Notes under the pieces: generated by a model
The model's database searches: none
The model's input: the letters and a program-made list of their open reading frames with translations, nothing else
What the model was told of the DNA's origin: nothing
Made by a program: the position numbers and the translations under genes
NCBI RefSeq assembly: GCF_009914755.1
Contig: NC_060930.1
DNA length: 64,000 nt
DNA from: the human T2T-CHM13v2.0 reference genome, Homo sapiens
Strand: one strand, 5' to 3'
Shown: one piece after another, positions 1-14,277 of the stretch
How the letters are laid out: each line of letters begins with the position of its first letter
How positions within the stretch are numbered: position 1 is the stretch's first letter

Positions 1-635
1 CCGAATCAGCTTAAATTTTAGAGGCTTGTTTTTAAATGGTATTATAGTGAGGCTGCTGAAGCCCTTAATCTAGTGTTAGTTTTGTCTTACCATTAAGGTG
101 TGAACTTTCAGGATCTCAGTTGAATGTGTCCGGTATTTAGTGAGGCCTCTGTACTCTGGCTGGATAAAATACAAATGTCTTCTAGCTCCCTGTAAACTGC
201 ATATTGTTAAGATTACAGCTTATTAATTGGCCCTTTCTTTTGCACAGTCTTGTTGTGTTTCAACCTATGTATATGCAGTTCAGTCTTTAGCAACTATATA
301 GTGAGTCCCCATGCAGATTTCTGGAGCTCTCTGTCTACTTAGCTGTGTTATCCCCAGTACCCTGCCCTGCAGACACCAGACACCTTAACCTTCCAGAACT
401 CTATCTGACTGCTTAACTGAGGATACCCCCTCCCGCATCACAGTCCAGAAAGCTACTGTAGACAGACAGTTGTGATAATAGTGCTGACCTTCTTTGTTTC
501 CCTTCTTTCCTGGATTACAGTCCTCCACTGCCTTTGTCTAACATCTAAAATCAACCATTTCACTTATTTCTCTGGATTTCTAAATGTTTCATTACAGGAA
601 GGGTGTTGGGTACAAGTTCTTTAACATGGTCATGA
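1..635 (-). mobile_element. Old L1M-type 5'-region fragment
   Basis: Degenerate similarity to L1M 5' sequence; resembles 63430-63720. Confidence 0.45.
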
Positions 636-659
636 ATGATGTTGAGAAAGATTCTTTTC

Positions 660-810
660 CCATAACATTTTATTATGGAAATTTTCAAATGTGTACAGAG
701 GTAGAGAAAGGAACCTAATGAACCCTTATACCCACCATCCATCTTTAACAATTAGCTACATGGTGCCAAATTTGTTCACCTATACCTTCTTCCCAGCCTC
801 TTACCCATCT
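660..810 (-). mobile_element. Old L1MC/ME 3' end fragment
   Basis: ttttattatggaaattttcaaa...aatgaaccc..tacccaccat pattern. Confidence 0.45.
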
Positions 811-3800
811 AGATCATAAGAAAGAATTTAGAAGAATTTAAAATGGCAAAACTTCATGCTGTGTTAAAGAAAAAAAAAAAAACAGGAGAAGATAGTATTT
901 ATTGAATCTCTTCTTTATTTATTTGGTACTTATTCTTGAACTATAGATCTCAATCTGTTTTATTATCACAGAAACCTTACAACTTAATCTTTTTGAATGC
1001 TGCCAAATCTATTTTAAATAAAGCTTTGATTTGCATTTTTATTTTTGTTGCCCAAAGCTTTACAAATAGTCTGATAGTTTCAACAGTTTGTATACCTTAT
1101 GCATCATCTTGTGTATACAATGTGATTCATATCACATACAATGTGATTTGGTTGCAACTGATAAAACACAGTAACGTCACAATTCATTGGCTACCATAGA
1201 TTTGACCAGTAATATCTTGTTCAAAAGGAAGTTTGTGTTGACTGTTTTTTTGTTATGAGGAGGAGCTTAAAAGGTAAACAATGAAACAACATGGAAAATG
1301 TTTTAAAACAATATAATACTTAATATTAAGTGAAAGAAACTACACAACACTTTCATCTACATTTCATAAATGGTTAAGAATGTCATATACGTACATATAA
1401 AATTGGTATAACAGGTAATTTGAATCTTAAAAGAAATCTAGAAAAAAATTAAGTTAGTGATTTTTCTAACAGATATGTGAGAATATATTTTTTCTTTTAA
1501 AAATTTATTTGACACTATTTCATCAGTAAATACAAGTTAGAAAGCATTAAAAAGAAAATAATTGGAATCTATTGTTAATGGACATATCCAGCTGACTTAA
1601 CTTACTAATGCATGATGATAATGAGGCCAGAATTGTAGCTGGATTGAAAGGAGAATGACAGAAACACAGTCAAAGCCAAGCTTAATAAAAGGAAGAATCA
1701 TGCAAGACAGAATGAAAGTTGGAAAATCAGTCGCCTGTAGCAAAACCAACAAAGTTAATACCACTAACAAAGCTTCACATGTCTTAGCTCAAAATATCAT
1801 CAGTGACAATTGTGAAGAGTTGATCATCTTGTCCCAACACTAATGATATTTCAGGCATGTATCTACAAGTTCAAATGATAGTAAGTTCATAGCTTATTAT
1901 ACTTGAAAACAAGCATATATTACAATAAAATATCACTGTGGGTAGTAATTTCTTTACTTTGGAATAAATTTCACATGTAAAAACCATGTCTGTAAGTTGT
2001 GCTGAGAATGTTTATTCTCCCACAATGAAGATAACTTTCCTGAATAATGTATCATGATAGTTATTGCATTATCCTCTATGTCTACTTGACCCATAAGTTT
2101 CTCAATTATCTATTATTCAAGATTCTATTTTTAACATCTTGCCAGAGAACAGCATTGGCATGTGAGTATGCCTGTGCTTCCATGCTGTGTATGTGTATGT
2201 GTGTTATAAAATGATGGTTCTTTAGTTCTGTTAGGTGACAAATGTTGAGATGAGTGAAGACTGTCCACTTTTCCTTCCAAATTTTGCTTCTAGGTAAGAA
2301 TGAAAGAAATGTCAAACCAAATTCTGGCTTACATATAGATATTTCTTGAACATTTCTTGGCAAGCAAACACACATAAAAAATAACTCTATATTTGTTCTG
2401 TAGGATCAAGGACACTTTAGCTCTTATGTCCTTTTAGATGTTTTGACCATTACCTGGTATGAAAACTCCAGTTGAGATAAACGTGAAAATTCCAAGACCG
2501 GATTCTCTCACCTTATGTCTAGCATCAGGCAATTAGAATCTTCTGTAGTTCATGACTAGGCATAGGAATACTTAAAAAGACTTAGCCAAACACATCCTCT
2601 TGAAAGTGAAAGCTGCAGGCTTATCTAATTTTTACACTTGATTTACGTAAGGGTGGAGAGTATTGCTAAAATATTTTAGTGATCTACTTATCTTGAGTAG
2701 TTTTAACTTCTATTAAAATGAGATGTGCGAGTTCATTTCTGCCATTCACAGTGCTACTCAAGAGGCTACTGTTTTCGTCAGTGAAAACCCATTTCTGACA
2801 TTAAATATTCTAATTTTCAAAAAGTTGTTTGTTGATGGAAATTCAGATAACCAGAAGACTTTTAGTACTCATGTGAGGGAAGGTGGGCTTTATGATGAGA
2901 ATGCTACCTTTCTGTTGTCACATTTTTGAATAGAATGCTCATAGCACCTACAGTGTAGCTTATTCTAAGTAAACCATGCATAATTACTGGATGTGCTATA
3001 GTATTTTTAGAAAATTGCAGACATAATAACTGCATTAATGTTTGTGGTATTAAGAACAAGGTTATATATGCTCTAGAAATCCTTATTTACAGCTTCTGTG
3101 ACAAAATGTCACTGAAATTCTTGAGTAAGTCTTATATAACTATGAATTCCAGAGAGGTGGAAGTTGTTATCTTTAACTACCAGGAGTGAACATACTACCA
3201 GTAATAATAGTTACTGTTATTATTATTATTATTGGACATCATGGCAGTGATGGTGACATTGTTGAAAAGTCATAGCAATAATAATTGTCCTATTAGTAAT
3301 AATAGAGGAAGAAGATAAAGACTAGCTACTGTTTCCCGAATGTTTACTCTGTGCTATACGTTTAAGGTTCACATGTCATTTATTCACCAGAATAACTCAG
3401 GTATTGTTATTTTATCTTAATTTTTCGGATGAAGAATTTCACACAACTGGTATGCAGCAGAAAGGGAAAACAAATTCTTTGCTCTCTGATTCTAAATATG
3501 TACTAATTTCCATTGCCGTATATTGCTTCTTTTTCTGTAAAACCTTTTATAAGAATTTCCGTGAAAATTTTAAAATACATTTTTGTTAGGACTTCTGGAA
3601 CAAGAATATTTTATAGAGAAAGAAAGGAAGAATTCTTTAGTTTATTAAAAATTGTGCCAGGGAAAAAGATAAAAATGTGGAAAACTTTATTTCTGTTTAT
3701 GAAGGCATTCAGCTTCTGTTTAACCAGGTCCATTGAAAACAGATTGAAATGTAGTGTTTTGTTGTTGTTGTTGTTTTTTCACATGAAAGTTTGTGGGAAA

Positions 3801-3956
3801 TCTTAAAAACAGAGTCTTTCTATACAACCTTGATTTTCCCCAGAACTTCTCATGAAGACTGCTGCCACAGCTTTTAGACAGTAGAATAATAAATCTACCT
3901 TTTGGGTACATAGATATCCTAGTAAAGATTCAGATAAATGGTTTTGAAAAATAGTT

Positions 3957-4448
3957 TCTTTTTCCTTTCTTTTTTTCTAACTTTTATTTTAAGTTCAGGG
4001 GTACAAGTGCAGGGTTTGTTACATAGGTAAACTTGTGTCATGGAGGTTTGTTGTACAGATTATTTCATCACCCATCTCTTAAGCCTAGTACCCATTAGTT
4101 ATTTTTCCTGATCCTCTCCCTCCTGCCACCCTCCACCCTTCCAAGAGGCCCCAGTGCCTGTCGTTCCCCACTATGTGTTTGTGCATTCTCTTCCACCCAG
4201 CAATCCCATTACTGGATGTATACCCAAAGAAATATAAATCATTCTGTTATAAAGACACATGAACAGGTAGTTTATTGCAGCACTATTCACAATAGCAAAG
4301 ACATGGAATTAGCCTAAATGCCCATCAATAATAGACTGGATCAAGAAAATGTGGTACCTATACACCATAGACAACTATGCAGTCATGAAAAAGAACAAGA
4401 TAATGTCCTTTACAGGGACATGGATGGAGCTAGAGGCCACTATCCTTA
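3957..4448 (-). mobile_element. L1PA/PB-type 3' insertion with 5' inversion (twin priming)
   Basis: 3957-~4193 is the L1 3' end antisense (T tail, aagttcaggggtacaagtgcag); ~4195-4447 is sense ORF2-end sequence (acccagcaatcccattactgg...). TSD GAAAAATAGTT at 3946-3956 and 4449-4459. Confidence 0.9.
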
Positions 4449-4748
4449 GAAAAATAGTTCTCTAATGATTGCAGTTTCCTGGGGATGAACCATACTCTTA
4501 AGCTTACTTGGGATGGCTTGTCCTCATTGATTGCTATATAAGTACCTTCTATAAGATCTCTAAAGAGATTTGTATTGTTATTTATATTCAAAGATTAAGC
4601 TTCTTGTGTTGAAAAATCATTTTTATGTTATGTATGTCAAGAATTCAGGATCTTGAATGTAAAAATCAATAAAAATAAGAGGGCATGCTTTTATTAGAAA
4701 TATAATTCTCAAAATTTCAAAATTGTTGTATTACATAGTTGCATATTG

Positions 4749-4934
4749 TTGTAGTCATCTCAGGCTGCCGTTACAAAATACCATAGACTGGGTAGCTTAG
4801 GCAATACAAATGCATTTCTCACAGGTCTGGAGATTGGGAAGCTCAAGATCAAGGTGCCAGCATGATCAATTTCTGGTGAGGGCTTTCTTCCTGTCTTGGG
4901 GGTTAGGGGTGGGGAGAGAGAGAGAAAGAGAGAA

Positions 4935-4967
<33 letters not shown>

Positions 4968-5158
4968 AGAGTGTGCTACTGCTTGCTATCTGGTGCCTCT
5001 TGTTATAAAGGCATTAATCCCATCGTGATGACCCTGCTCCTCATGACGTCATATAAGCCTAATTATCTATCAAAGGCCCATCTCCAAATAATCTCACATT
5101 GGAAGTTAGGGCTTCAACATGTGAACTTTGGGGCAATGCAGACATTCAGCCCATAACG
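4749..5158 (-). mobile_element. MaLR solo LTR (MLT1A-like) with internal (GA)n at ~4912-4968
   Basis: ggctgccgttacaaaataccatagactgggtagctt...gttagggcttcaacatgtgaactttgggg...cattcagcccata. Confidence 0.8.
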
Positions 5159-5612
5159 AACATCATCAGTTTAGTATCACCAACATTAAAGTCAAGAGTT
5201 ATACTACTTATTTATAGTTTTTCACTCAAATGGAGTAACCCATGTGCATTATTAAAATTGGTGTATTTTACTTATATGAATACATATTTTGATGTTTCTG
5301 ATGATGATGTAGTCATGTTAGGGAACTTCGTGCTTGACTAGAATTCCATGGTACTTTTCCTAAATATTTTTGTTTTATTTCTGAGGTTATTATTTATTAT
5401 TTATAACTATTGTTATGAAAGTTATGCAGAAGATAGAAGTTGAATGCTGCTGAAGTGATCGTAGTGTCTACTCAGTTACAGATTTAGAAATGCGAGCCAT
5501 TATTATGAAGCAAGCCTTATAATAAGATATAAGGACCAAAGAGTATAGTGAATGTGAAAGAGTTATGAGCATAAGATTGCTAAAGATTAGTTTACTATCT
5601 ATTAGCATTTGA

Positions 5613-5798
<186 letters not shown>

Positions 5799-5864
5799 TG
5801 AGTCTTTTTGAACTGAGATTGTCCTATTTTAAGAGTTTATTTTCTATTATAAAAGAGCAGAAAA

Positions 5865-6184
<320 letters not shown>

Positions 6185-7104
6185 CTAGTCTCTTTATTTA
6201 TGCATAAACTCTACCAGTTTTATTTCCTAGCAAAGAAAAGGGGGGACCTTTGTATTATTCTCACAAAATGTATTTTGCAGAAATATCTGAATGTTGTTGA
6301 AGTAGCAAAATGAACTGTAGAGAGGTGAATTGTTTTGATCTAATTAAATTATGGTACCTAATCTAATTGTAAGATAATTTTTGAACTGAAGAAATTATTC
6401 AGAAAAATTCCCCAAATATCCTTCCATTCTCACACTATACATTTCAGAATTTCACATAAATCCAAACACTTCCATTTCCAGGTCAGGTCAAAAAATCTAA
6501 ACTGTTTGGTTTGTAGCAGTTTTCACAGACACAGGAGCCCATTATCCAGAAACAGCTGTCTTACTAATACTTATTTCTCTTAGGAGGCACTCCACACAAG
6601 CAGGGACTCGCTGGTGTTGTGTTTGTTCTGTATTAATGGTTAAGGGAAGGTAAAGGGGTCTTTCTGATAGTTTTTCCTGTGGCACAGATTTTGCGCTGTG
6701 GTAATGCTTATTGTCATTTTGGGAAAAATAGTTTTTTTATATATAATACTTATGTAATCATTTTGATACAGTTCTATAAAATTATATATAATATGAAATA
6801 TATATTTGAGAAAAATAATTATCTATATTATCTATATCTGTTTAGGCCCTGTTTATCTAAAGTATTGCTAAGTCTTGCTACGGTATAATATTTTCCTTTA
6901 TGGTTTGAATTAAAGCAAATGTTAAAGGAAAACAAACCCTGAAGCGAACCTCCCGATAGCTTCATAGCTGCTGTTTACTTACTGTTAATTTTATTGAAGT
7001 TTATGCTTCAACAGAGCAAAACACAGTGGTCTGAAACTAGTTTAATAGAAACCCAAGTTTTTTTAGTGAGCCCTCTGGACAGAGCTTTGTCTTTAAGGTA
7101 GGGG

Positions 7105-7290
7105 TAATCTAGTGTATTGGAGGGTCCTGGACTTGTATCAGAGGACTTGAGTTTGAATCTTGACTGTTGAGTATCATTGTTGTGACCTTGAGGAAGTTGC
7201 TAAATATTTGAATTTTCAATTATTTTCCTCAGTGAAAGTGAGACAAGAATGATCTCACAGGCTCAAATGAGAAAATTAATAAGTTAATTT
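7105..7290 (+). mobile_element. MIR fragment
   Basis: gacttgagtttgaatcttg...tgtgaccttgaggaagtt...ttttcctcagtgaaagtgag core-like sequence. Confidence 0.6.
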
Positions 7291-7524
7291 TAAAAACTCC
7301 CTTTTTGTTGGAAATGCATCTATAAAGTCATACTTCTAGATAGAATTCACAGTGAAAAGGAATCATCGAATGTAGTTGGGATTTTCAGATATTCTAGGTT
7401 TTACCCATTTAAAGCACCAAATATTTTTTTCTAGTTGAACTATTTTGATTGAGCATTTTTCTAAACATTATTTTACATGTATCTGCTTTGTAAAATGCAC
7501 GGGTATTATTGCCTTACATTTGTA

Positions 7525-7980
7525 TATTCATTCATTAAGTCTTTAACAAATATTTGTTGAGTGCTATTCTGCTCCAGGCACTGTGCTAAGCCTTGTACAT
7601 AAACTGATGGAAAAATGGACATACAGAGTGTATGAACTAGTAGGAAGACACGCACTCAAGAGGTAAAACAAACACACATAAATGATACACACATTGTGAT
7701 AACTGCTAAGAAGAAAAACAAGAGGGCACTATGAGAAGAAACAGAGGGGAAAAACTACTGTAGGTTGAGTGGTCAGGAAAGCTCTCTCTGAGAAAGTGAA
7801 ATTGAAGCTGAGATCTGAAGGATGAGAGCCAGCCGCCTTACAGAATGTGGGGGAGAGGATTCCAGGTACTGGAAACGAGGAAAAGAGGCCTCGTAAGAAA
7901 AAAAAGGCCCTTTTTGTTTTCAAGAAACTGACAGAAATTCAGTGTGACTAGAACACAGGAAACATGGAGAAGACTGGTCT
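7525..7980 (-). mobile_element. L2 3' fragment
   Basis: attcattcatt..aacaaatatttgttgagtgct..ccaggcactgtgctaag...ggtcaggaaagctctctctgag. Confidence 0.75.
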
Positions 7981-10482
7981 GACAAAAGATACAGAATCCT
8001 GTATAGTTTATAAAACATATTTATAGCTTAAAACCAGTTGAGATGCAGAAGACTTTTTTTGTTTCCATGTATAGACACTGAGGGTTAAGGGGGCTGACTT
8101 GCCCAAGGTCACCCTGCTGGGAGGGGAGGATGAAAGCTCCAGCCTCCTTTGACCCCTAGTGCTAGGCTCTTTGTGCTGTGAAAATTTCCTAGCTGAACAG
8201 TTTCATACTTTTCTGATGTCTGAGGCCATTATTATGTAATCAGTCACTGAAATGAAACCCTAATGGGCTGTTGAGGTGTGAAAGGCCCATTGCCCTGTAA
8301 GATCTTCTGAATTCTTATGTCTGAATCATAGTTTTTCTGTCTGCTGTTGGGTTGCTCTCATTTGATTTCAGCTATTCCCTTATCTGTTTTTGAGGAGCTG
8401 CAGACATAGAAACCAACATGTTTAGTTTATTAGGCACGTGTAAAGTAATAGCCAATGGCTTCTGTGTGAGAGCCCATTGGATTGTTGTAATATTTGTTGT
8501 CTCAGTAGGACAGGCAGTCATGTTTGACTATTCCTAATTGTAAAATTGATTTTACTTTGAAAATATTTGCCAAAAAATAAATCATGTTTAAATGAGGGAG
8601 ATATTTACATAAAGTTGTTGATGTCTGAGGAGCCACTCTTATCCCATTCTCTTAAGAGTTTCAAATCAATTGTGAATAATCACAGGAGTTAGACAAAGAT
8701 GACAGTACCAGGTTTATTGTTAATAAAGCCAGACTGGACAGCTGTCCATGAACCTAAGGCCTAAATCATGCTTCCCCTTCTTTACCCAAGCTGAACTTAA
8801 CAAATGCAATCAGACCTCTGTCTCCAGAACCAGAAGACAGAGAAAGAACGCTATGTACATCTGGAAGGCAGGCTGCATCTGAAGAAGGTAGCCCAGGAAG
8901 GGTTAATGAAACCTGCCCTGTGACCTTTTCTTCTGTTACTCATCAGAAAGGAAAGAAGTAATACCTGATACTCACAAGAAAGTTTTTATTTTATAAAATG
9001 GAATAAAAATATGAGAAAAGAGAGAAAATGGTTTCTTCTACATTAAGGTAAAAGCAAACCATTATGATTTAATTAGACAACATTTACAAGTAAAGGTATT
9101 ATGTCTTGTGAACATACATACTTAGTATCAAATAGGATAATTTCAGTGTTACGGCTTAGTAGGCTAGGAGTCAGAGACGACTTTTACTTACTTTATTATT
9201 TAGGAGAAGCCGTAGAAGAACAGTGAGCTCCAGTTTCGTCATCTGTCATAACGAGTGCTATAAATACATGCTCTGTCTGAGAGAAACAGATGCTACTGTG
9301 ACTATGAAAGGGTGGTAGGAAAAGAGAATGACATCTGAGTACCTACTGTATGCCAACCAATGTGTTAGATGCTTTTCAGGATATCTTGTGTTATCACCAT
9401 AATCAAACAAGTGTTATTTTCATTTTTCAAAGAAATTGAGTGTCAGATTCTACAACAACCATTTTTTGAGCATTTATGATAAGCCAGTCTCTGTGAATAC
9501 AGTGGTGAACAGGGATACCACAAGAAAGTGGCATTTCAACACAGGTATGGAGAGTGAGGGGAGCTGGGCACATAGAGGGAGGGTTGCCTGGTCGTGTTCC
9601 TCTCTAACCAGCTTTCCTCTACACCTTCCTCAGATGGTCTTCCTGGTGTCTATTTAGTCAGAAACCGGGATGGCATTCTTGATGCTCCTCTTTCTCTTAT
9701 CCCATACACCCATAGGTACAAAGGTCCTGAAATAGCATAGAGATTGGGATGTTTATGGAATAGAGAGAACATCATTTCTTGTATGCTTTGAGAGTTAGAA
9801 TTGTGTCTTAAGTGCATAGGGAAGACACAGAAGCGCTTTAGACTGGAATATTGTGAACCTACTCTTGGAAGAAGGCAGTTCTCCATGGGTCTCTCACATT
9901 TCTGTATGTGTTATGAGTAATACCTGATACTCCAGAGTTCATCCAGACTAGATTGGGTCACTGGCCTACTTATCACAATGGGTGGATCTGAAGCTGACTG
10001 TTAGATTGTCAAAAACATCTCCATGTCCATTGTCGTTGTCACAGACTCCCTTTTCAAGGATGTTTGTGAACAACTTTAGAAGAAAGTCATAGTACCTCCC
10101 TCCATAGCAAAAGCAGGCATGCTTACTGTCCAGAATGATAATAAAGATAATGTCTTTCTTTGGAACCAAGGGCAGGCTTGTTTACTGCCCATTATAAAAA
10201 ATATTTGATGTCCCTACATTCAGGGTCGTTTGCTGCAATACAATCAATTGCATGTACAGGTGTCATGTCACCTTGAGGGAACTGGGGATCAGAGAACTGT
10301 CACAAGAAAATGCTGATACCTGGGCTTCCTTTATTGGAAGTAATAAGTCTCATTATTGTGAGTAATAAGTCTCTGACCGAGAAGTCTTGTGTATCCTGCC
10401 AGCATCTGTGAAATTGTGGCAGGCTAACTTATTAGCTTGTGAATAAGATAAAACTCAAACCGTTCGTAGTTGTTGGCAGTTT

Positions 10483-10500
10483 TAGGGATGAGGATGGGGT
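10483..10500 (+). other. Degenerate retroviral primer binding site, tRNA-Ser(GCT)-like
   Basis: TAGGGATGAGGATGGGGT matches 14/18 to TGGCGACGAGGATGGGAT (recalled complement of the tRNA-Ser 3' end), 4 nt after the LTR end. Confidence 0.55.
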
Positions 10501-12349
10501 CCTGATAGAGACATAAGTTTCTGGAAGAGAAAGAATGAAGACCTCCTGGGCCAATTGATGAGATTTGAGAGGAATCCATGGACATCATTAGTGAACATGT
10601 TGATCAACTTGTTTGGTCAGTTAGGGAATAAATGACCCTCCATTTTATTATCTGTTGATGAGGAAGAATTGGAGAGATGATTGTAATCCAAGTACCTGGA
10701 AATAGGTTTAAAGTCAGCTGTTTGAAAGGTGCCCTGCATGTTACTAGCCCTGTTCCAGGCATGGAGATGTTTTTGACAATCTAACAGTCAGCTTCAGATC
10801 CACCCATTGTGACAAGTAGGCCAGTGACCCAATCTAGTCTGGAGGAAGGTTCTGACCCTCTTTGTAACAACAGTTATAATTTCATGCTCTGGCATACAAG
10901 GAAGGAAATTTGTAACCACTATAGGTAGAAACCAAGCAAATAGCTATAACCTTGGGTGGTTCCCTTAGAAGATGAAGGTGTGGGGTATGTAATACTTGTT
11001 CAGAAAGTATTAACCCTCAAGGTTCTTTTAGTTGCACCATTTTACAGCTTATCCCCTCCTGTAGACTATCACACCAACCTTAGATTCACTAGGAGACTTA
11101 GAATTTCTTAGAGTGGGGCCAGGCTGCTATAAGGGAGCTTTGGTTACCTTGGGGGAGATTTCCTTGAAAGAGAAAAGCTCCCATAGGAAGCCATGGATGA
11201 GGTATTGACTAGTCTTTGGGCCGTTATTGTTCTAGAATGGGTTTGTAATGCTGATGAAGATTACCTATTGGAAAATGAGAAACTGACCTAATGAAATCTA
11301 GACAAATTCTTACCGTCACCCCTGTTGCCTCGCAAAACTCTCATAATTCTTTTGGTGAAGCAGTGATAGAACATGAGATGTTATAATAATGGGGCAGTAA
11401 ATGCCCTCAATTGAAACAGACTCCTTAAAAAATATAGCTGCTGCGCAGGTCAAGCCCAAATCAGACAAATGGAACAAATTCTATAGCCACAGCCAGAAAG
11501 TGGTTATGGCTGCTAAGTCTAGGGGTTCCCAGAACTGGAATAGATGGTGTCTGTAATGATCTTGCTGCCAAATATAGAGCATTGCATGGAATGAAAATAG
11601 TAGAAGTTTATTTGATTGAGCCCTGAGCCAGCTGCCAATCAAAACTGAAAGTAAATAAATCTTGTTTACTAACATAGAACTGTTCTCTCCCTCTCTGCCC
11701 CTGATTCCCCCTCCTCGGACTCTACTTCAGCTTTAGCTTCTTTAAGGAGGAAAGAATGGAGCTGGGTTCTCTCTGTCCTGAAAGAGGTCCACAGTTCTTA
11801 CATGCCTCTCTCCAAGTATGCTGGGAAACTCTGGCGAGGGCAGGGACTTAAACTTTTATGGCTCTGTGAGATACACATTAAGGAAATATTAACTGGCCCA
11901 ATTTATCATCCTGCCCAGTCCGATGAAGGAGGGGATAGCTGAATTCAGCCAAGGTGGTTTGAACATGGTTTGCAGTGGGGGAAGGAAGCTAGCAGACCTT
12001 ACGGGTGGGGCCTTTGTTCCAATTAGTGTGTCTTTGTTGTAGCTTCCCCTGCTGAATTGTAGATGACTGTACTATGGATGTTTATGAAGTCCAGAGGGGA
12101 GTCTCCTGACCAGGAAGAGTTGCAAGTACAGAAGTGCTTCTTCCTTTGGGGCCCCACAACCCTAATGACCTCTTTGGAGCTTCAGTTCTCTATGACTGAT
12201 GGTATTGCTGATTGGAGCCTCTTGCAAAAGGAAGCAGCATTCACCCTTGGAGTTCTGGACTCACAGCTCTGACGTTGAAACAGGTATATTCCTTTAAAGA
12301 AGGGTCTCTTCTAGTTAAACTGAATGCCTGGCCCGTGGAGACCTTGTAA

Positions 12350-12648
<299 letters not shown>

Positions 12649-14277
12649 GAGACCTTGTAACTCTTGAGCCTGATGTTCCCGCTTTCGGGTCCAGTCATAC
12701 TCATTGAATAACAAGGGAAGGGCCCAACAGGCCTGGGTTGTCAAATGGAAATGGCAAATTTAGGAATGCAGCCAGCCTGAGGCAAGCAGCATCTTAACCT
12801 CACTTGAGAAAGTGGCAGCTCTAATCTCCCACTCTGCTGCCTGATTCACCAAGGTTCCCCTAAGTACCTGGGCCTGCCTCACTTATGGATCAGCTAACCT
12901 GAAACCTAATGGTATCCAGTGGGTTATGTTCAGCCTCACCATCACCTGCTCAACTAGAAATGGACATTGTTTCTGTGCTCAGTGTTCACAATCAAGGAAG
13001 TGCTCTTAGCCCTGGCCAATACTCCCCTTAATGAATCTTGCTGTGTTTTTACTGTCTCTGGGAGTGTTGCAAGTGTTGCCAATGACCTAGGTGTTTGGGC
13101 TGCCACTTGAAAAAATGCCAACTGGAAGATTATAAACTCCCCTCTTTGGGGCCACAAGCTGTGGAAATGGTTGGGCTGTCACAGTTATTTATATAGATGG
13201 TAAGGGCCTATTCTCTGATGAAAAGCAATGGGAATCAAGCTGCTGGTTCCACTTGCACCACCCAGATTGCCACCACTGCTGCCTCGCTTCATCAGGGTGT
13301 TGGACATGCGACACACCCACAGCACAGACTGGGCACAAGGTGAAGGACTTCTGATATCGAGGTGACTGGCATCACAGACTTGGGGCTCCTGCCAATAGTT
13401 GACCTGTTTGTCTCAATGAAGGAAGACACATTGTATGTACAGGGAGTTACTTCTGCTAATTCTTAACAGATTTACTGCATTTGACTCCTCTTGAAACTGG
13501 CGGTGGTGCCTCACTGCTGTTGACACATTTTCAGGTTATGAGTTTGCCAGGTGCATTCCAGTTAGTCAAAGCCAGTGGTGCACCTTTTATTGTAGAAGCC
13601 AGGGCTGATAGTCAAAGTATTTGATAGTCTTTCCATGCTCCCTACAGTACATAGGCACTTTGTATTGTTGAATGTTGGAATGGCTTCCTAAAATCAACTC
13701 AAAAAGATTTAAAACTCTACCTGCCTAATCTCCTCCTGGTTTGGACACGTTAATAAGACAGTTGGGTCATTAACTGCAACTGGCCCAGTTAGGGATCATC
13801 CTCTTTTTGTCCTTTCTTGGTTATGATCAGGATGAAAATAGGTTATCTAGAACTATTTTGAAAATTCAGGATATCATCCTGACCATTTCTAGACATGATG
13901 AATCTTTCTTTCTCCTAATACCTATCTCAGGCTAGACTGTTTGGTACATCTGCTGGGTGGCAGCCTGGTCAAAAGATGGAACAGGAATTCAAATTTATTC
14001 TGGTTCAGCCTCTTGAGTTTTCTTATTGGATTGCATTATCTTAGGATATTGATCGCTTGGTTGGGTAAACTGCTCACCAAGCGCCCCCAAACCTTGTATC
14101 CTTGAGTCTTCTTCCTGTATTCACGAAACGGAGGCTAGCTACCATGTTAGCTTGCACATAGGGTAAAATCTCAGACCTTTCATAATTCTTGACATCTACT
14201 TATGTATTGAAATAGTTTTAGCCACTTCCTGCCGAATGGATTGAAGAGTTAATGGTACAAATTGGGAGTTTATCAGT

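Noticed and set aside
440-635. Similarity between ~440-635 and ~63480-63720
   Set aside because: Best explained as two independent fragments of related old L1M 5' regions, not a local duplication.
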